Positions 9,700-17,856 of a stretch of 64,000 bases of DNA are shown piece by piece. The stretch is from Desulfatiglandales bacterium (GTDB lineage Bacteria > Desulfobacterota > DSM-4660 > Desulfatiglandales > Desulfatiglandaceae). Location: contig OY762721.1 of assembly GCA_963666345.1 (NCBI GenBank), positions 3,776,001 to 3,840,000 on the forward strand. The letters run 5' to 3'. A program made the position numbers and the translations under genes. Under the pieces are notes generated by a model. It saw only the letters and a program-made list of their open reading frames with translations, ran no database searches and was not told the DNA's origin. The number at the start of each line of letters is the position of its first letter. Position 1 is the first letter of the stretch.

Positions 9700-9760
9700 G
9701 GTTAACATTATGCTGCGATGGACGCACAAAGACCTCACGCGCCTGAGCAGCAGGTTATGC
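9700..9760 (+). other. attC site
   Basis: GGTTAAC-ATTA-TGCTGC...GAGCA-GCAG-GTTATGC, 61 bp. Confidence 0.72.
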
Positions 9761-9835
9761 CTTTTAAATAAGCACTTGATTGCACCAAAAATTGTATGTT
9801 ATTGTGTACAAAATTAAGACCAAAAGAGGTGCAAA

Positions 9836-10116
9836 ATGCAAAAGCTGAAAATTGATCAGGACATCAGGCCACTGTCAGAAGTGAGAAATGCCATGGCTTC
9901 CTACATCAAGCAGGTCATGATACTAAGCGTCCGGTAATAATTACGCAGTACGGTAAAGGCGTTGCTGTACTGTTGGGCGCAAATGAATTTGAAGCCATGC
10001 AGGAAAAAATAGAGCTTTTATCAGACGTCCAAACCTCTCTCAACCAACTGGCAAAAGGAGAAGGTATATCCCACCAAAAGGCCAAGGAAAGATTATTGAA
10101 GAGAGTTCCTGAATGA
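9836..10116 (+). pseudogene. Phd/YefM antitoxin with a 1-bp frameshift near 9917
   Basis: MQKLKIDQDIRPLSEVR..KQV then, in another frame, TKRPVIITQYGKGVAVLL..RVPE*. The stop overlaps the toxin ATG. Confidence 0.85.
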
Positions 10117-10409
10117 AAATAGTATGGTCTCCCCATGCTGTTGAAAGGGCATCGGAAATAGTCGATTACATCGCTCAAGATAAACCTTTGGCAGCTGATA
10201 AATGGATTCATACGGTATTTTCAAAAGTTGACCGGCTTCGATCTAATCCGGAAATTGGGCGGATTGTCCCTGAAATCAATGAGCATCAATTCAGGGAGCT
10301 GATTTACGGAAATTATCGAATCATCTATCATATCGAAAAAAAACAAATATCCATACTAACTATCCGACACGGCAAACAGATATTGCCGATAGATGAAATC
10401 AAGGCATAA
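10113..10409 (+). CDS. RelE/ParE family toxin
   Basis: 'MKIVWSPHA..YIAQDKP..NPEIGRIVPE..RELIYGNYRIIYHI..ILTIRHG'. Confidence 0.92.
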   Translation: MKIVWSPHAVERASEIVDYIAQDKPLAADKWIHTVFSKVDRLRSNPEIGRIVPEINEHQFRELIYGNYRIIYHIEKKQISILTIRHGKQILPIDEIKA

Positions 10410-10455
10410 AGATTCACTTACCGTACCGCTCGCCTGATGAATTCAGCCGTTATAT
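10404..10455 (+). other. Degenerate attC site
   Basis: GCATAAA (overlaps the toxin stop; near-complement of GTTATGC at 9754)-GATTCA...TGAATT-CAGCC-GTTATAT. Confidence 0.6.
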
Positions 10456-10629
10456 GGCACAACATAGATTGGATGAGGTGTGTTTGTATTTGACATCCCC
10501 TTTAATGGGCGTCAAGTGACATCGGTTAAGGCCGGCGTTGGCGTACCCATATAATGCCGTGAGGTTTTTTTAAAGGTTGCCTTGAAGTCTTGTTGGTGGT
10601 GCTTATAAAGGTACGCAAGGAGGTACTAT

Positions 10630-10911
10630 ATGGGAAAATTATCAAATATTATTCCGGTGAGCGATTTAAGGCAAAATGCTGCAAATTTATTGAAACAATT
10701 ACAGAACAGCAAAGAGCCTTTGATAATTACACAAAGAGGACGGGCAACAGCGGTAATAATCGGTGTTGATGCCTATGAGAAATCTGAGCGGGAGAAAGAG
10801 CAGTTGCGCCTTTTGGCTAAGGGAGACAGGGAAACCGAAACGGGTCAAGGGTATGATCTGGATACAATTTTTGGTGAAGCCGACGCCCTTTTGGCTAAGG
10901 AGCCTTTGTGA
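10630..10911 (+). CDS. Phd/YefM antitoxin
   Basis: 'IIPVSDLRQNAA..PLIITQRGRATAVII'; RBS GGAGG; overlaps the toxin start (GTGA). Confidence 0.92.
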   Translation: MGKLSNIIPVSDLRQNAANLLKQLQNSKEPLIITQRGRATAVIIGVDAYEKSEREKEQLRLLAKGDRETETGQGYDLDTIFGEADALLAKEPL

Positions 10912-11285
10912 AGGTCAAATTTGCACCCTCTGCAAGGACTCAATTTCTTTCCGCGCTATCTATTCGAAAGGATAAGTCTTCGGCGGCCCTTGACTTTCGT
11001 AATAAAGCTGAAAAAATTCTGCGAGGACTTGAGGATTTTCCTGAATCCGGAAAAATCATACCAGAGTTTCCGGAACTCCCCTATCGAGAAATGATCATAT
11101 CGCCGTATCGATTTTTCTATAAAATCAAAGACGATACCGCCTGGATTGTTGCTGTGTGGCGTGACCCGACCCCAAATGAACAAATGAAACAATTAAACGT
11201 TATTGGTCAGCTACCGGACGTAAACGTCGGTTCGCCGTTTGTGCCAAAATGGCCTCAGTCAAAATCACCATTTATGAGGTCCTAA
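10908..11285 (+). CDS. RelE/ParE toxin with its C-terminus replaced by intron-derived sequence after ~11160
   Basis: 'FPESGKIIPE..YREMIISPYRFFYKI..IVAVW', then an unrelated tail that overlaps the intron ORF remnant. Confidence 0.8.
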   Translation: MKVKFAPSARTQFLSALSIRKDKSSAALDFRNKAEKILRGLEDFPESGKIIPEFPELPYREMIISPYRFFYKIKDDTAWIVAVWRDPTPNEQMKQLNVIGQLPDVNVGSPFVPKWPQSKSPFMRS

Positions 11286-11565
11286 GGTGGCATGCCATTG
11301 GTATCAAAAGATACATCAAGATAAAGGCCGATTCAAACCCTTACTTGCCGGAGTATGCAGGATATTTCTGGTACAGACGGAATAAGAAGGGCAGCAAACT
11401 GTTAGCGGCACTGTCTGCTCGTGAGTCTCGGGCCATGCAGGCCGTTTAGGAGGTTAACAGCCGGGCAACTCCCTAAGGGCTGCCTTTTGAGAGGCTTGAG
11501 CCGTATGATGGGAAACTATCACGTACGGTTCTTAGGCTTACTATTACCCATAAGTCTAGACGATT

Positions 11566-11877
11566 TTATCGCCGAGTTTCTTCCTTAAAAGCCTCAATAT
11601 TTGCCTCAACAAGTTGCTCGATCAGTTTCCTTAGTCGGGCATAATTGGCGATCATCTTTCGCATTCTGGTTAACTGGTCTCTTTTAACATAAACGCTACG
11701 TGTTTTTTGTTGGCTATCCTTATAGGTCAGCCGATATGCCATCCGGGATGACTTTTTTGAGCATATGCATCTCGCTCTGTTGCATGTGGAACAAACGCTT
11801 GTAATCGACCCGCGAACAAATTCAGGGAATTGGGCTAATTTTTTTAAAAGATCATTTCGTTTTTTGACAGGATTCAT
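11566..11877 (-). CDS. Small Cys-containing passenger protein inside the IS (DUF6788-like)
   Basis: 'RGSITSVCSTCNRARCIC..YRLTYKD..KTRSVYV'; RBS GGGAGG before ATG 11877. Confidence 0.65.
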   Translation of the reverse strand: MNPVKKRNDLLKKLAQFPEFVRGSITSVCSTCNRARCICSKKSSRMAYRLTYKDSQQKTRSVYVKRDQLTRMRKMIANYARLRKLIEQLVEANIEAFKEETRR

Positions 11878-11958
11878 CCTTGACACCTCCCTATCGTAAT
11901 AGTAGACGTATATAATACGTCTACTATACAAATGTCAACTTTTAATGGGAGGCGTTCA

Positions 11959-13404
11959 ATGAACCCAAAAAATAGATCAAGTTGGGCGGCGGAAGAGTTT
12001 GCAGAGGTCAAGCTCGGAGATAAAAGACTCGATGCAAGGCTGATTAAGCTGTGTGATAGATTTTCGGATGCTCCAGAGAGCCCCATCAACCAAGCATGCG
12101 TGGATTGGGCAGAGACCAAAGCTGCTTATCGTTTTTTTCAAAACAACAAAGTTGAGGTTGGTAAGATGTTGGCGGCCCACCGATGTAAAACAGCTCAGCG
12201 TACTAAGGAACACAAAACGGTTCTTGCACTCCAAGATACCAGTTATTTTGTCTATACTGACCATCCGAAGACCGAAGGACTCGGGAAGATGTCTTTAAAG
12301 AAGGGTAAAAACGTGAAAAATATCTATTCCAACGGCCTGATAATGCATACATGTCTGGCTGTAACAACTAAAGGCCTCCCACTCGGACTGTTGGATCAAA
12401 AAATATTTTCACGGAAACTCCGGAAAAAGGATAACAAAAAAGCAAAACCTCACGCCAATCTCCCGATAGAGGAAAAGGAAAGCTATAGATGGCTTGAGGC
12501 ATTAGAAAACACTAAGGAATTAACAGGTTGTACCCGAATCGTCACAGTCTGCGATCGAGAAGCCGATCTATACGATTTCTTTATGCGTAGCCATCAAATC
12601 AATGCCCCTGTCCTCGTTCGAGCAAACGTAGATAGGATTATAAATCGTAAATCCCGTTATGCAGAAAAGAATGTCGAAAAACTTTGGGAGAATATGCGAA
12701 AACAGCCTGATTCAGGTTCTTACGTGGTAGAAATCGCGAAAAGGTCTAAGTCGAAGCATGCCAAAGAAAGGGAAGCACGCACCGCGATGGTCTCTGTACG
12801 TTTCGGCTCTTTTACCCTCAATCCTCCCCGCAATAGTATCAGGCACAGCACTGAGAAACTTCCAGACATTGAGATGCACGCAGTCTATGTTATAGAAACA
12901 AATCCGCCTGATAGCGAGGAAGCTATCGAGTGGATGCTCCTGACCAATCTTCCAGTCATGTCGTATGAAGATGCTTATGAAAAAGTTTTGTGGTACTGCT
13001 TACGCTGGCGAATTGAAATGTACTTCAAGGTCTTAAAGTCCGGTTTTAGGGTCGAATCATGTCGGCTAGGGCATGCCGATCGGCTGGCAAAATACCTCAC
13101 AGTTATGAGCATTGTAGCTTGGAGGATCTTCATGATTACCTTGATCGCTCGTACCGATCCGACAACACCCTGCTCAACTTTCCTTACCGATCAGGAGTGG
13201 AAAGCCCTTTTCCTGCATGCAAATATAAACAAACCTATACCGAAAAAGCCACCAACCATTGGTATTGTAGTCATCTGGATTGCAAAACTAGGAGGTCACC
13301 TAGCCCGAAAAAACGATGGGCCTCCTGGTACTATCACATTATGGAGAGGATGGAAGCGTCTTGCAGATCTGAGTGAAGGCTTGAAACTGGCGGATCAGCT
13401 ATGA
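11959..13404 (+). CDS. IS4-family transposase
   Basis: 'LGDKRLDARL', 'LQDTS', 'VCDREAD', YREK 'YCLRWRIEMYFKVLKSG', 'PPGTITLWRGW'. Confidence 0.95.
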   Translation: MNPKNRSSWAAEEFAEVKLGDKRLDARLIKLCDRFSDAPESPINQACVDWAETKAAYRFFQNNKVEVGKMLAAHRCKTAQRTKEHKTVLALQDTSYFVYTDHPKTEGLGKMSLKKGKNVKNIYSNGLIMHTCLAVTTKGLPLGLLDQKIFSRKLRKKDNKKAKPHANLPIEEKESYRWLEALENTKELTGCTRIVTVCDREADLYDFFMRSHQINAPVLVRANVDRIINRKSRYAEKNVEKLWENMRKQPDSGSYVVEIAKRSKSKHAKEREARTAMVSVRFGSFTLNPPRNSIRHSTEKLPDIEMHAVYVIETNPPDSEEAIEWMLLTNLPVMSYEDAYEKVLWYCLRWRIEMYFKVLKSGFRVESCRLGHADRLAKYLTVMSIVAWRIFMITLIARTDPTTPCSTFLTDQEWKALFLHANINKPIPKKPPTIGIVVIWIAKLGGHLARKNDGPPGTITLWRGWKRLADLSEGLKLADQL

Positions 13405-13506
13405 TACTTATGGGTAATAGTAAGGTTCTTAGGGGGGGAGACACCCCTGACCTACCCGGTATGACTACATTTGAGGAGCGTCTTTGATTTACCGAAAGGA
13501 TTGATC

Positions 13507-14367
13507 ATGATGAATATCGCACAACAATTCATGGAAAGCGAAAATACTTTACAAAGAGTTCTTGTAATATTGTTCCTGGCACTTGGATCTCATGGCTTCG
13601 TCTTGATGGTCAAAGCACTATGGAAGCATCTAAAGGGAATCGCCTCTTCCAAGCCTCAATCGAAGTTCAAATCTATTGCAAGCCTGACACAGAGCTTTCT
13701 TATTTTTATACTTTATTTCGGAGCGTTCGGGCTTATTCTTCGCGAGCTGGGTGTCTCTTTAACCGCTTATTTAGCTAGCGCTTCTGTCCTCGGCTTGGCA
13801 ATCGGTTTTGGTTCCCAAGGACTGGTTCAAGACGTTGTAACGGGTTTGACATTGGTTCTGTCAGATTTGATTAAAATTGGGAATATGGTGGAAATCGGGG
13901 GCCAGACAGGAATAATTCGTTCCATTGGAATGCGTTTCATTGTTATCGAGAACGCCCTTGGCGCAGAGGTGTTTATTCCGAATCGAAGCATAATGAATGT
14001 AATTAGTTATTCTTGTGGCTACGTGAGATGTATTGTTGATGTGACACTATCAAATGAGCCTGGATCGAGAGATAAGATAAAGGGATTCATCGAAGAAACC
14101 ACCAACTCTTTTATAAAACAATTCCCGGGCATCCTCATAAAACCAGTCAGTATTGAAGGTGTTATTAAAACTGCTCCTGGAAAAGAAATTTTCCGTATCA
14201 AGTTCAGGATTTGGCCGGGGCGAGGTACCCCTATCGAAACCTCGTTCAGACAGGAATTGATTCAAAGATTAAAAATAGTTGATTCTTCTTATTCCGACTG
14301 GATGGTATCAGTAAATTACGAAGTAGAGAAAGCGCCTTCAAATAATAGCCTGTCATGCGGTAGTTAA
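13507..14367 (+). CDS. Small-conductance mechanosensitive channel family protein
   Basis: TM helices; 'GLAIGFGSQGLVQDVVTG'; 'IPN' motif. Start uncertain (13471-13510). Confidence 0.88.
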   Translation: MMNIAQQFMESENTLQRVLVILFLALGSHGFVLMVKALWKHLKGIASSKPQSKFKSIASLTQSFLIFILYFGAFGLILRELGVSLTAYLASASVLGLAIGFGSQGLVQDVVTGLTLVLSDLIKIGNMVEIGGQTGIIRSIGMRFIVIENALGAEVFIPNRSIMNVISYSCGYVRCIVDVTLSNEPGSRDKIKGFIEETTNSFIKQFPGILIKPVSIEGVIKTAPGKEIFRIKFRIWPGRGTPIETSFRQELIQRLKIVDSSYSDWMVSVNYEVEKAPSNNSLSCGS

Positions 14368-14422
14368 CAATCACTTCACCCGACGCCATAAAGCCTGGCG
14401 CTGGTGAGCTCAAACATTGACT
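14362..14422 (+). other. attC site (core mutated GTT->ATT)
   Basis: AGTTAAC-AATCA-CTTCACC-CGACGCCA..TGGCGCT-GGTGAG-CTCAAAC-ATTGACT; overlaps the MscS stop. Confidence 0.8.
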
Positions 14423-14449
14423 GGTTAAAATTAAAAGGATGAAAGTACT

Positions 14450-16324
14450 ATGGAAACTAATTTAAAAGTGCTTTTTGTTGATGCCGGAACATCGTTTTAT
14501 CGAATCAATCGTTATAAAGTGGGCAATTTTTTCGGACCAGTTGATTTAGGGCTGTATTTATCTGGCAAACACAACAGCTTAAATATCGGGACAGGACTTT
14601 TGGCAGGTTCCATTTTTCCAGGATCAAACCGATTAATCTTCTCCGGCTTTTCTCCCTGCTGGGGCGGATTTTTTATATCCTCGATGGGTGGTGCAGGTTT
14701 GGTTTTTGATAACCTGGGTATTAATATGCTTTCCATTGTGGGTAAGGCTGCCCCTCTCTCTGTTTTATACCTCAACCGAAAACATGGTGAAGAGATTCAA
14801 ATCGAAGTTCGTCCGATAGAAATCCAAAAAGTATGGAATGAAGGGCGAAGAGGGGTATATTCTTTGATGAATCATACTTTTAACCTGTTTGGAGATAGCT
14901 ATAGTAACGATCCCAGGATACTGGCAACAGGTCCGGCATCTCAGGCTACCGATTTCGGGGCAATATGTTCTGTTCCAATTAACAAGGGGGAATTAACCTT
15001 TGTCGATACATGGGCAGGCAGAGGTGGGTTTGGGACTAAACTTTTCAGAGACCATGGTATCGCAGCAATAATTTACGGCGGAACATTTATTGATGAAGAT
15101 TTTCGCGACCGCAAAGTCGCCGACCAATGGTTTATTGATAAATATCAGATGAAAATGTCGGCAAAAGACATGGAGGCTACTGCCAAATATCGTTTCGATC
15201 CCAAGTTTGAAACCGGAGGAACCTTTGGGGCAAATTATGCAAGTTTAGGCGGCAGCATGTTCTCTTTCAATTATAAAAGCGTTTATATGGACGAAAGTGA
15301 GCGATTGGCAATCCATGATAAATTTATCATGAATCACTATCTCAAACAATTTAACGAAGAAACAATTAAACCGAAAAAACAAAAAAATTGCGGCGAACCA
15401 TGTGTTGCGGTCTGCAAAAAAATGCACGGTGAGTTCAAAAAGGATTATGAACCCTATCAGGCAATGGGACCACTAGCAGGAATTTTTGATCAACGTGCCG
15501 CCGAAAAACTAAATCATCATGCTGACATGTATGGTTTTGATGCCATCTCTGCCGGAGGTGTACTTTCCTGGCTCATGGAGTGCTTGTCTGAAAGAAATAT
15601 AACACCCCTGGAATTAGGCATAAAAAATATCCCGGTATTTTCAATTAAAAATTTCGATGAAGTTTCTACTTCAATGTATAACTCAGATATTGGTGTTGCG
15701 CTCCTGGATTCGATTATCGAAAAGCGGGGCATTCTCGATCTTAGCGAAGGAGCACGCAAATTTGCCCGGCGCTTATCGAGACAAAAAGGAAAGAAAATTC
15801 TGGATTCTTTTGTTTATGCTGCCTATGGCCGCAAAGGATGGATGGTGCCGAATCAGTATTGGACGCCGGGGGTGCTTTCTCCTTTGGCTATTATGGGGAA
15901 ATACTACATGTATTATGGACAGGATTTCATTCCTCCCAGGGAATTGGGTAATAGAGGTGCAGCAAGGCTAAGAGGAGAATTAATAATGGATAATCTCGGA
16001 ATATGCCGCTTCCACCGAAACTGGGCAGAAGAAATCATGCCCGAAATAATTGATTCGCTGTATGGGTTAAAACAGCAATTTATAGAAAATAATCATATCA
16101 CAGCCAGCCGGATAAACAGCCGTAACTCATCCGTGTTTTGGGAACCTGACAGAAATATCGATATTGTTTATGCCTTTTTAAAAAGAAAACACATTCTGGA
16201 AAATAACAATGATACTGAACTTATTAAATGGATGAATTATTTTAAAAAAAACAAACATGAAGCTGCCCTGAGTTTCTGGTATGAAATGCACAAAGGGATT
16301 CAGGAATCTCTTAGAGAGTTTTAA
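14450..16324 (+). CDS. Aldehyde:ferredoxin oxidoreductase-like protein
   Basis: 'SSMGG', 'AGRGGFG', 'CGEPCVAVC', 'GFDAISAG', 'DNLGICRF'. Confidence 0.8.
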   Translation: METNLKVLFVDAGTSFYRINRYKVGNFFGPVDLGLYLSGKHNSLNIGTGLLAGSIFPGSNRLIFSGFSPCWGGFFISSMGGAGLVFDNLGINMLSIVGKAAPLSVLYLNRKHGEEIQIEVRPIEIQKVWNEGRRGVYSLMNHTFNLFGDSYSNDPRILATGPASQATDFGAICSVPINKGELTFVDTWAGRGGFGTKLFRDHGIAAIIYGGTFIDEDFRDRKVADQWFIDKYQMKMSAKDMEATAKYRFDPKFETGGTFGANYASLGGSMFSFNYKSVYMDESERLAIHDKFIMNHYLKQFNEETIKPKKQKNCGEPCVAVCKKMHGEFKKDYEPYQAMGPLAGIFDQRAAEKLNHHADMYGFDAISAGGVLSWLMECLSERNITPLELGIKNIPVFSIKNFDEVSTSMYNSDIGVALLDSIIEKRGILDLSEGARKFARRLSRQKGKKILDSFVYAAYGRKGWMVPNQYWTPGVLSPLAIMGKYYMYYGQDFIPPRELGNRGAARLRGELIMDNLGICRFHRNWAEEIMPEIIDSLYGLKQQFIENNHITASRINSRNSSVFWEPDRNIDIVYAFLKRKHILENNNDTELIKWMNYFKKNKHEAALSFWYEMHKGIQESLREF

Positions 16325-16352
16325 TGAACAGAATGTACGAAATATTAGAACC

Positions 16353-16418
16353 ACCTAATCGTTCCACCTGGCATTTTTCCGCTTCACTCCAAAATGCAGG
16401 TGAACTCAAATGTTGAGG
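16353..16418 (+). other. attC site
   Basis: ACCTAAT(C)-GTTCCACCTGGCATTTT...AAAATGCAGGTGAAC-TCAAAT-GTTGAGG; the left core is degenerate. Confidence 0.75.
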
Positions 16419-16429
16419 CTGTCGAAAAA
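16415..16429 (+). repeat. Orphan IS1182-type terminal IR
   Basis: GAGGCTGTCGAAAAA is the exact reverse complement of 1698-1712. It is followed by a very AT-rich tract with no transposase. Confidence 0.7.
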
Positions 16430-16595
16430 GTATTTTTGTATATTTTTATGCCAAAACAATCCTATAAACGCTAAATTATGATAATTAAAATATTTTTATA
16501 AATTTAATGTTATATAATTTTATTATGCAATACATTGCATTGAAAATTAATATCTTATGCTGGATGGGTGGCCCCAAAATGACAAATTTACAAAC

Positions 16596-16644
16596 CGGAT
16601 GGTGTGGGAGGAGGGGAGGTCGTGAGACCCATTCCTATCCCGAT
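16596..16644 (+). mobile_element. Group IIC intron 3'-end remnant
   Basis: GGTGTGGGAGGAGGGGAGGTCGTGAGACCCATTCCTATCCCGAT: end of domain V plus domain VI with the class C-type terminus CTATCCCGAT. Confidence 0.7.
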
Positions 16645-16667
16645 TCGGCTAAAAGAGGAATTAGATA

Positions 16668-17597
16668 GTGAGCGTCGATACAACAATATTTCGGAAAGAT
16701 AGGGGACTGCTAAGCAAGTCAGGTACAATACATTTTGTGGGGCTGGTCGCCTGCCTGGTATTTTTAATTTCAGCCTTTGGATATTCACCGGCAGAAGCGG
16801 AATGGCCCCACATTGCCTTTTCAAAAGATGGTACACTAATCTCATATGAGATCTTCGGCGTAGGAGAACCGACTCTGGTATTTGTACATGGGTGGAGTTG
16901 CGATGCTCGCTACTGGCGCGCCCAGGTGCCAGTATTTTCTAAAAAACATCGTGTTGTCGTTATTGATCTTGCAGGCCACGGCCATTCAGGGATGTCCCGC
17001 GCAAAATATACCATGGGCTCCTTCGGAGAGGATGTTCGGGCAGCAACAGAATCAACGGGCAGTCATAGCGTTATTCTAATAGGTCATTCAATGGGCGGCT
17101 CAGTGATTGCCGAAGCGGCCCGCATAATGCCTGATCGTGTCATCGGATTAATCGGTATAGATACCCTTGAAAACATAGAGTATCCGATGACTCGCGAAGA
17201 ACTCAAAAAGATGATCGCTCCCCTGAAGGAAAATTTTCGAGATGGAAGCAGGCAGTTTGTGAGCGAGATGATAGGACCTAAGACCGATCCGCAGCTCCGC
17301 GAATGGATACTTTCAGATATGTCAGCTGCGCCGCCCAGCGTTGCCATTAGCGCTATGAATGAAATGATGACTCAATACATCACCGGTGAAGCGGCAAAGG
17401 TATTTAAACAAATCCGAATTCCAGTTATAACCGTAAATGGAGGCCTTTGGCCCATCAACTATGAAGCAAACCGTCGGCATATGTTTTCTTTCAATGCTAT
17501 TGTTCTTGAGGAAGCGGATCATTTCTTGATGATGGATCGTGCCATTGATTTCAACAAAGCATTGGAAAAAGCAATCCTTATGCTAACAGGAAAATGA
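16668..17597 (+). CDS. Alpha/beta hydrolase with N-terminal signal/TM segment
   Basis: 'FVHGW', 'DLAGHGHS', nucleophile 'GHSMGG', 'ADHF'. Confidence 0.92.
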   Translation: MSVDTTIFRKDRGLLSKSGTIHFVGLVACLVFLISAFGYSPAEAEWPHIAFSKDGTLISYEIFGVGEPTLVFVHGWSCDARYWRAQVPVFSKKHRVVVIDLAGHGHSGMSRAKYTMGSFGEDVRAATESTGSHSVILIGHSMGGSVIAEAARIMPDRVIGLIGIDTLENIEYPMTREELKKMIAPLKENFRDGSRQFVSEMIGPKTDPQLREWILSDMSAAPPSVAISAMNEMMTQYITGEAAKVFKQIRIPVITVNGGLWPINYEANRRHMFSFNAIVLEEADHFLMMDRAIDFNKALEKAILMLTGK

Positions 17598-17605
17598 TTG
17601 AAGAA

Positions 17606-17721
17606 ACCGAACCAGGGCGTTCAGTGGGTCACAAAAAGCATACGCCCACTGATTCCCAACGTGTATGCCGGGTGGTTTGAAAGAAGGGGAGTCTCGAGGC
17701 TCCTCCCTATCCCGATTAGAA
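17606..17721 (+). other. attC site with its core GT|TAGAA split by an intron remnant
   Basis: ACCGAAC-CAGGG-CGTTCAGTGGG...CCCACTGA-TTCCCAAC-GT[17663-17716]TAGAA. Confidence 0.75.
17663..17716 (+). mobile_element. Group IIC intron 3'-end remnant
   Basis: GTATGCCGGGTGGTTTGAAAGAAGGGGAGTCTCGAGGCTCCTCCCTATCCCGAT. Confidence 0.72.
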
Positions 17722-17856
17722 GACTGAAATGGAAAGACGAGGGAAAAGGTCGGGCCTAAGAAAGTCGGCGGTACACTTCCTTGCGATGTCCAATTTTGAG
17801 AATAAGGATCAAAATGATAGGCGACCCCACATGAACCTTTTATTTCCGGATGTAAT

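Larger units (their letters stand above)
11537..13424 (+). mobile_element. IS4-family (IS50/Tn5-like) element with passenger ORF
   Basis: Perfect 19-bp IRs CTTACTATTACCCATAAGT; 9-bp target duplication GTTCTTAGG (11528-11536, 13425-13433). Confidence 0.95.
11165..13460 (+). mobile_element. 3' fragment of a group II intron (maturase tail, domain V, domain VI), interrupted by IS4
   Basis: Frame 'IKRYWSATG..IKRYIKIKADSNPYLPEYAGYF' ends at 11449. Domain V GAGCCGTATGATGGGAAACTATCACGTACGGTTC is at 11498-11531. Domain VI GGGGGAGACACCCCTGACCTACCCGGT resumes after the IS. Confidence 0.85.
1713..17721 (+). mobile_element. Integron gene-cassette array (no intI in window)
   Basis: Co-oriented genes separated by RYYYAAC...GTTRRRY imperfect hairpins at 4108, 7538 (half), 9700, 10404, 14362, 16353 and 17606. 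For several cassettes the 5' core site is complementary to the 3' inverse core site. Confidence 0.85.

Noticed and set aside
10456..10543. Extra attC between the two TA pairs (..CGGTTAA-GGCCGGC-GTTGGCG)
   Set aside because: Only a right half is plausible, with no convincing complementary left arm.
1698..16429. Composite transposon bounded by the two IS1182 IRs
   Set aside because: The ends face away from the enclosed DNA (a right end followed by a left end), so they represent separate insertions.
17749..17828. Third copy of the 7581/9581 element (GGTCGGGCC..GGCGACCCC)
   Set aside because: Similarity is limited to a few terminal bases.
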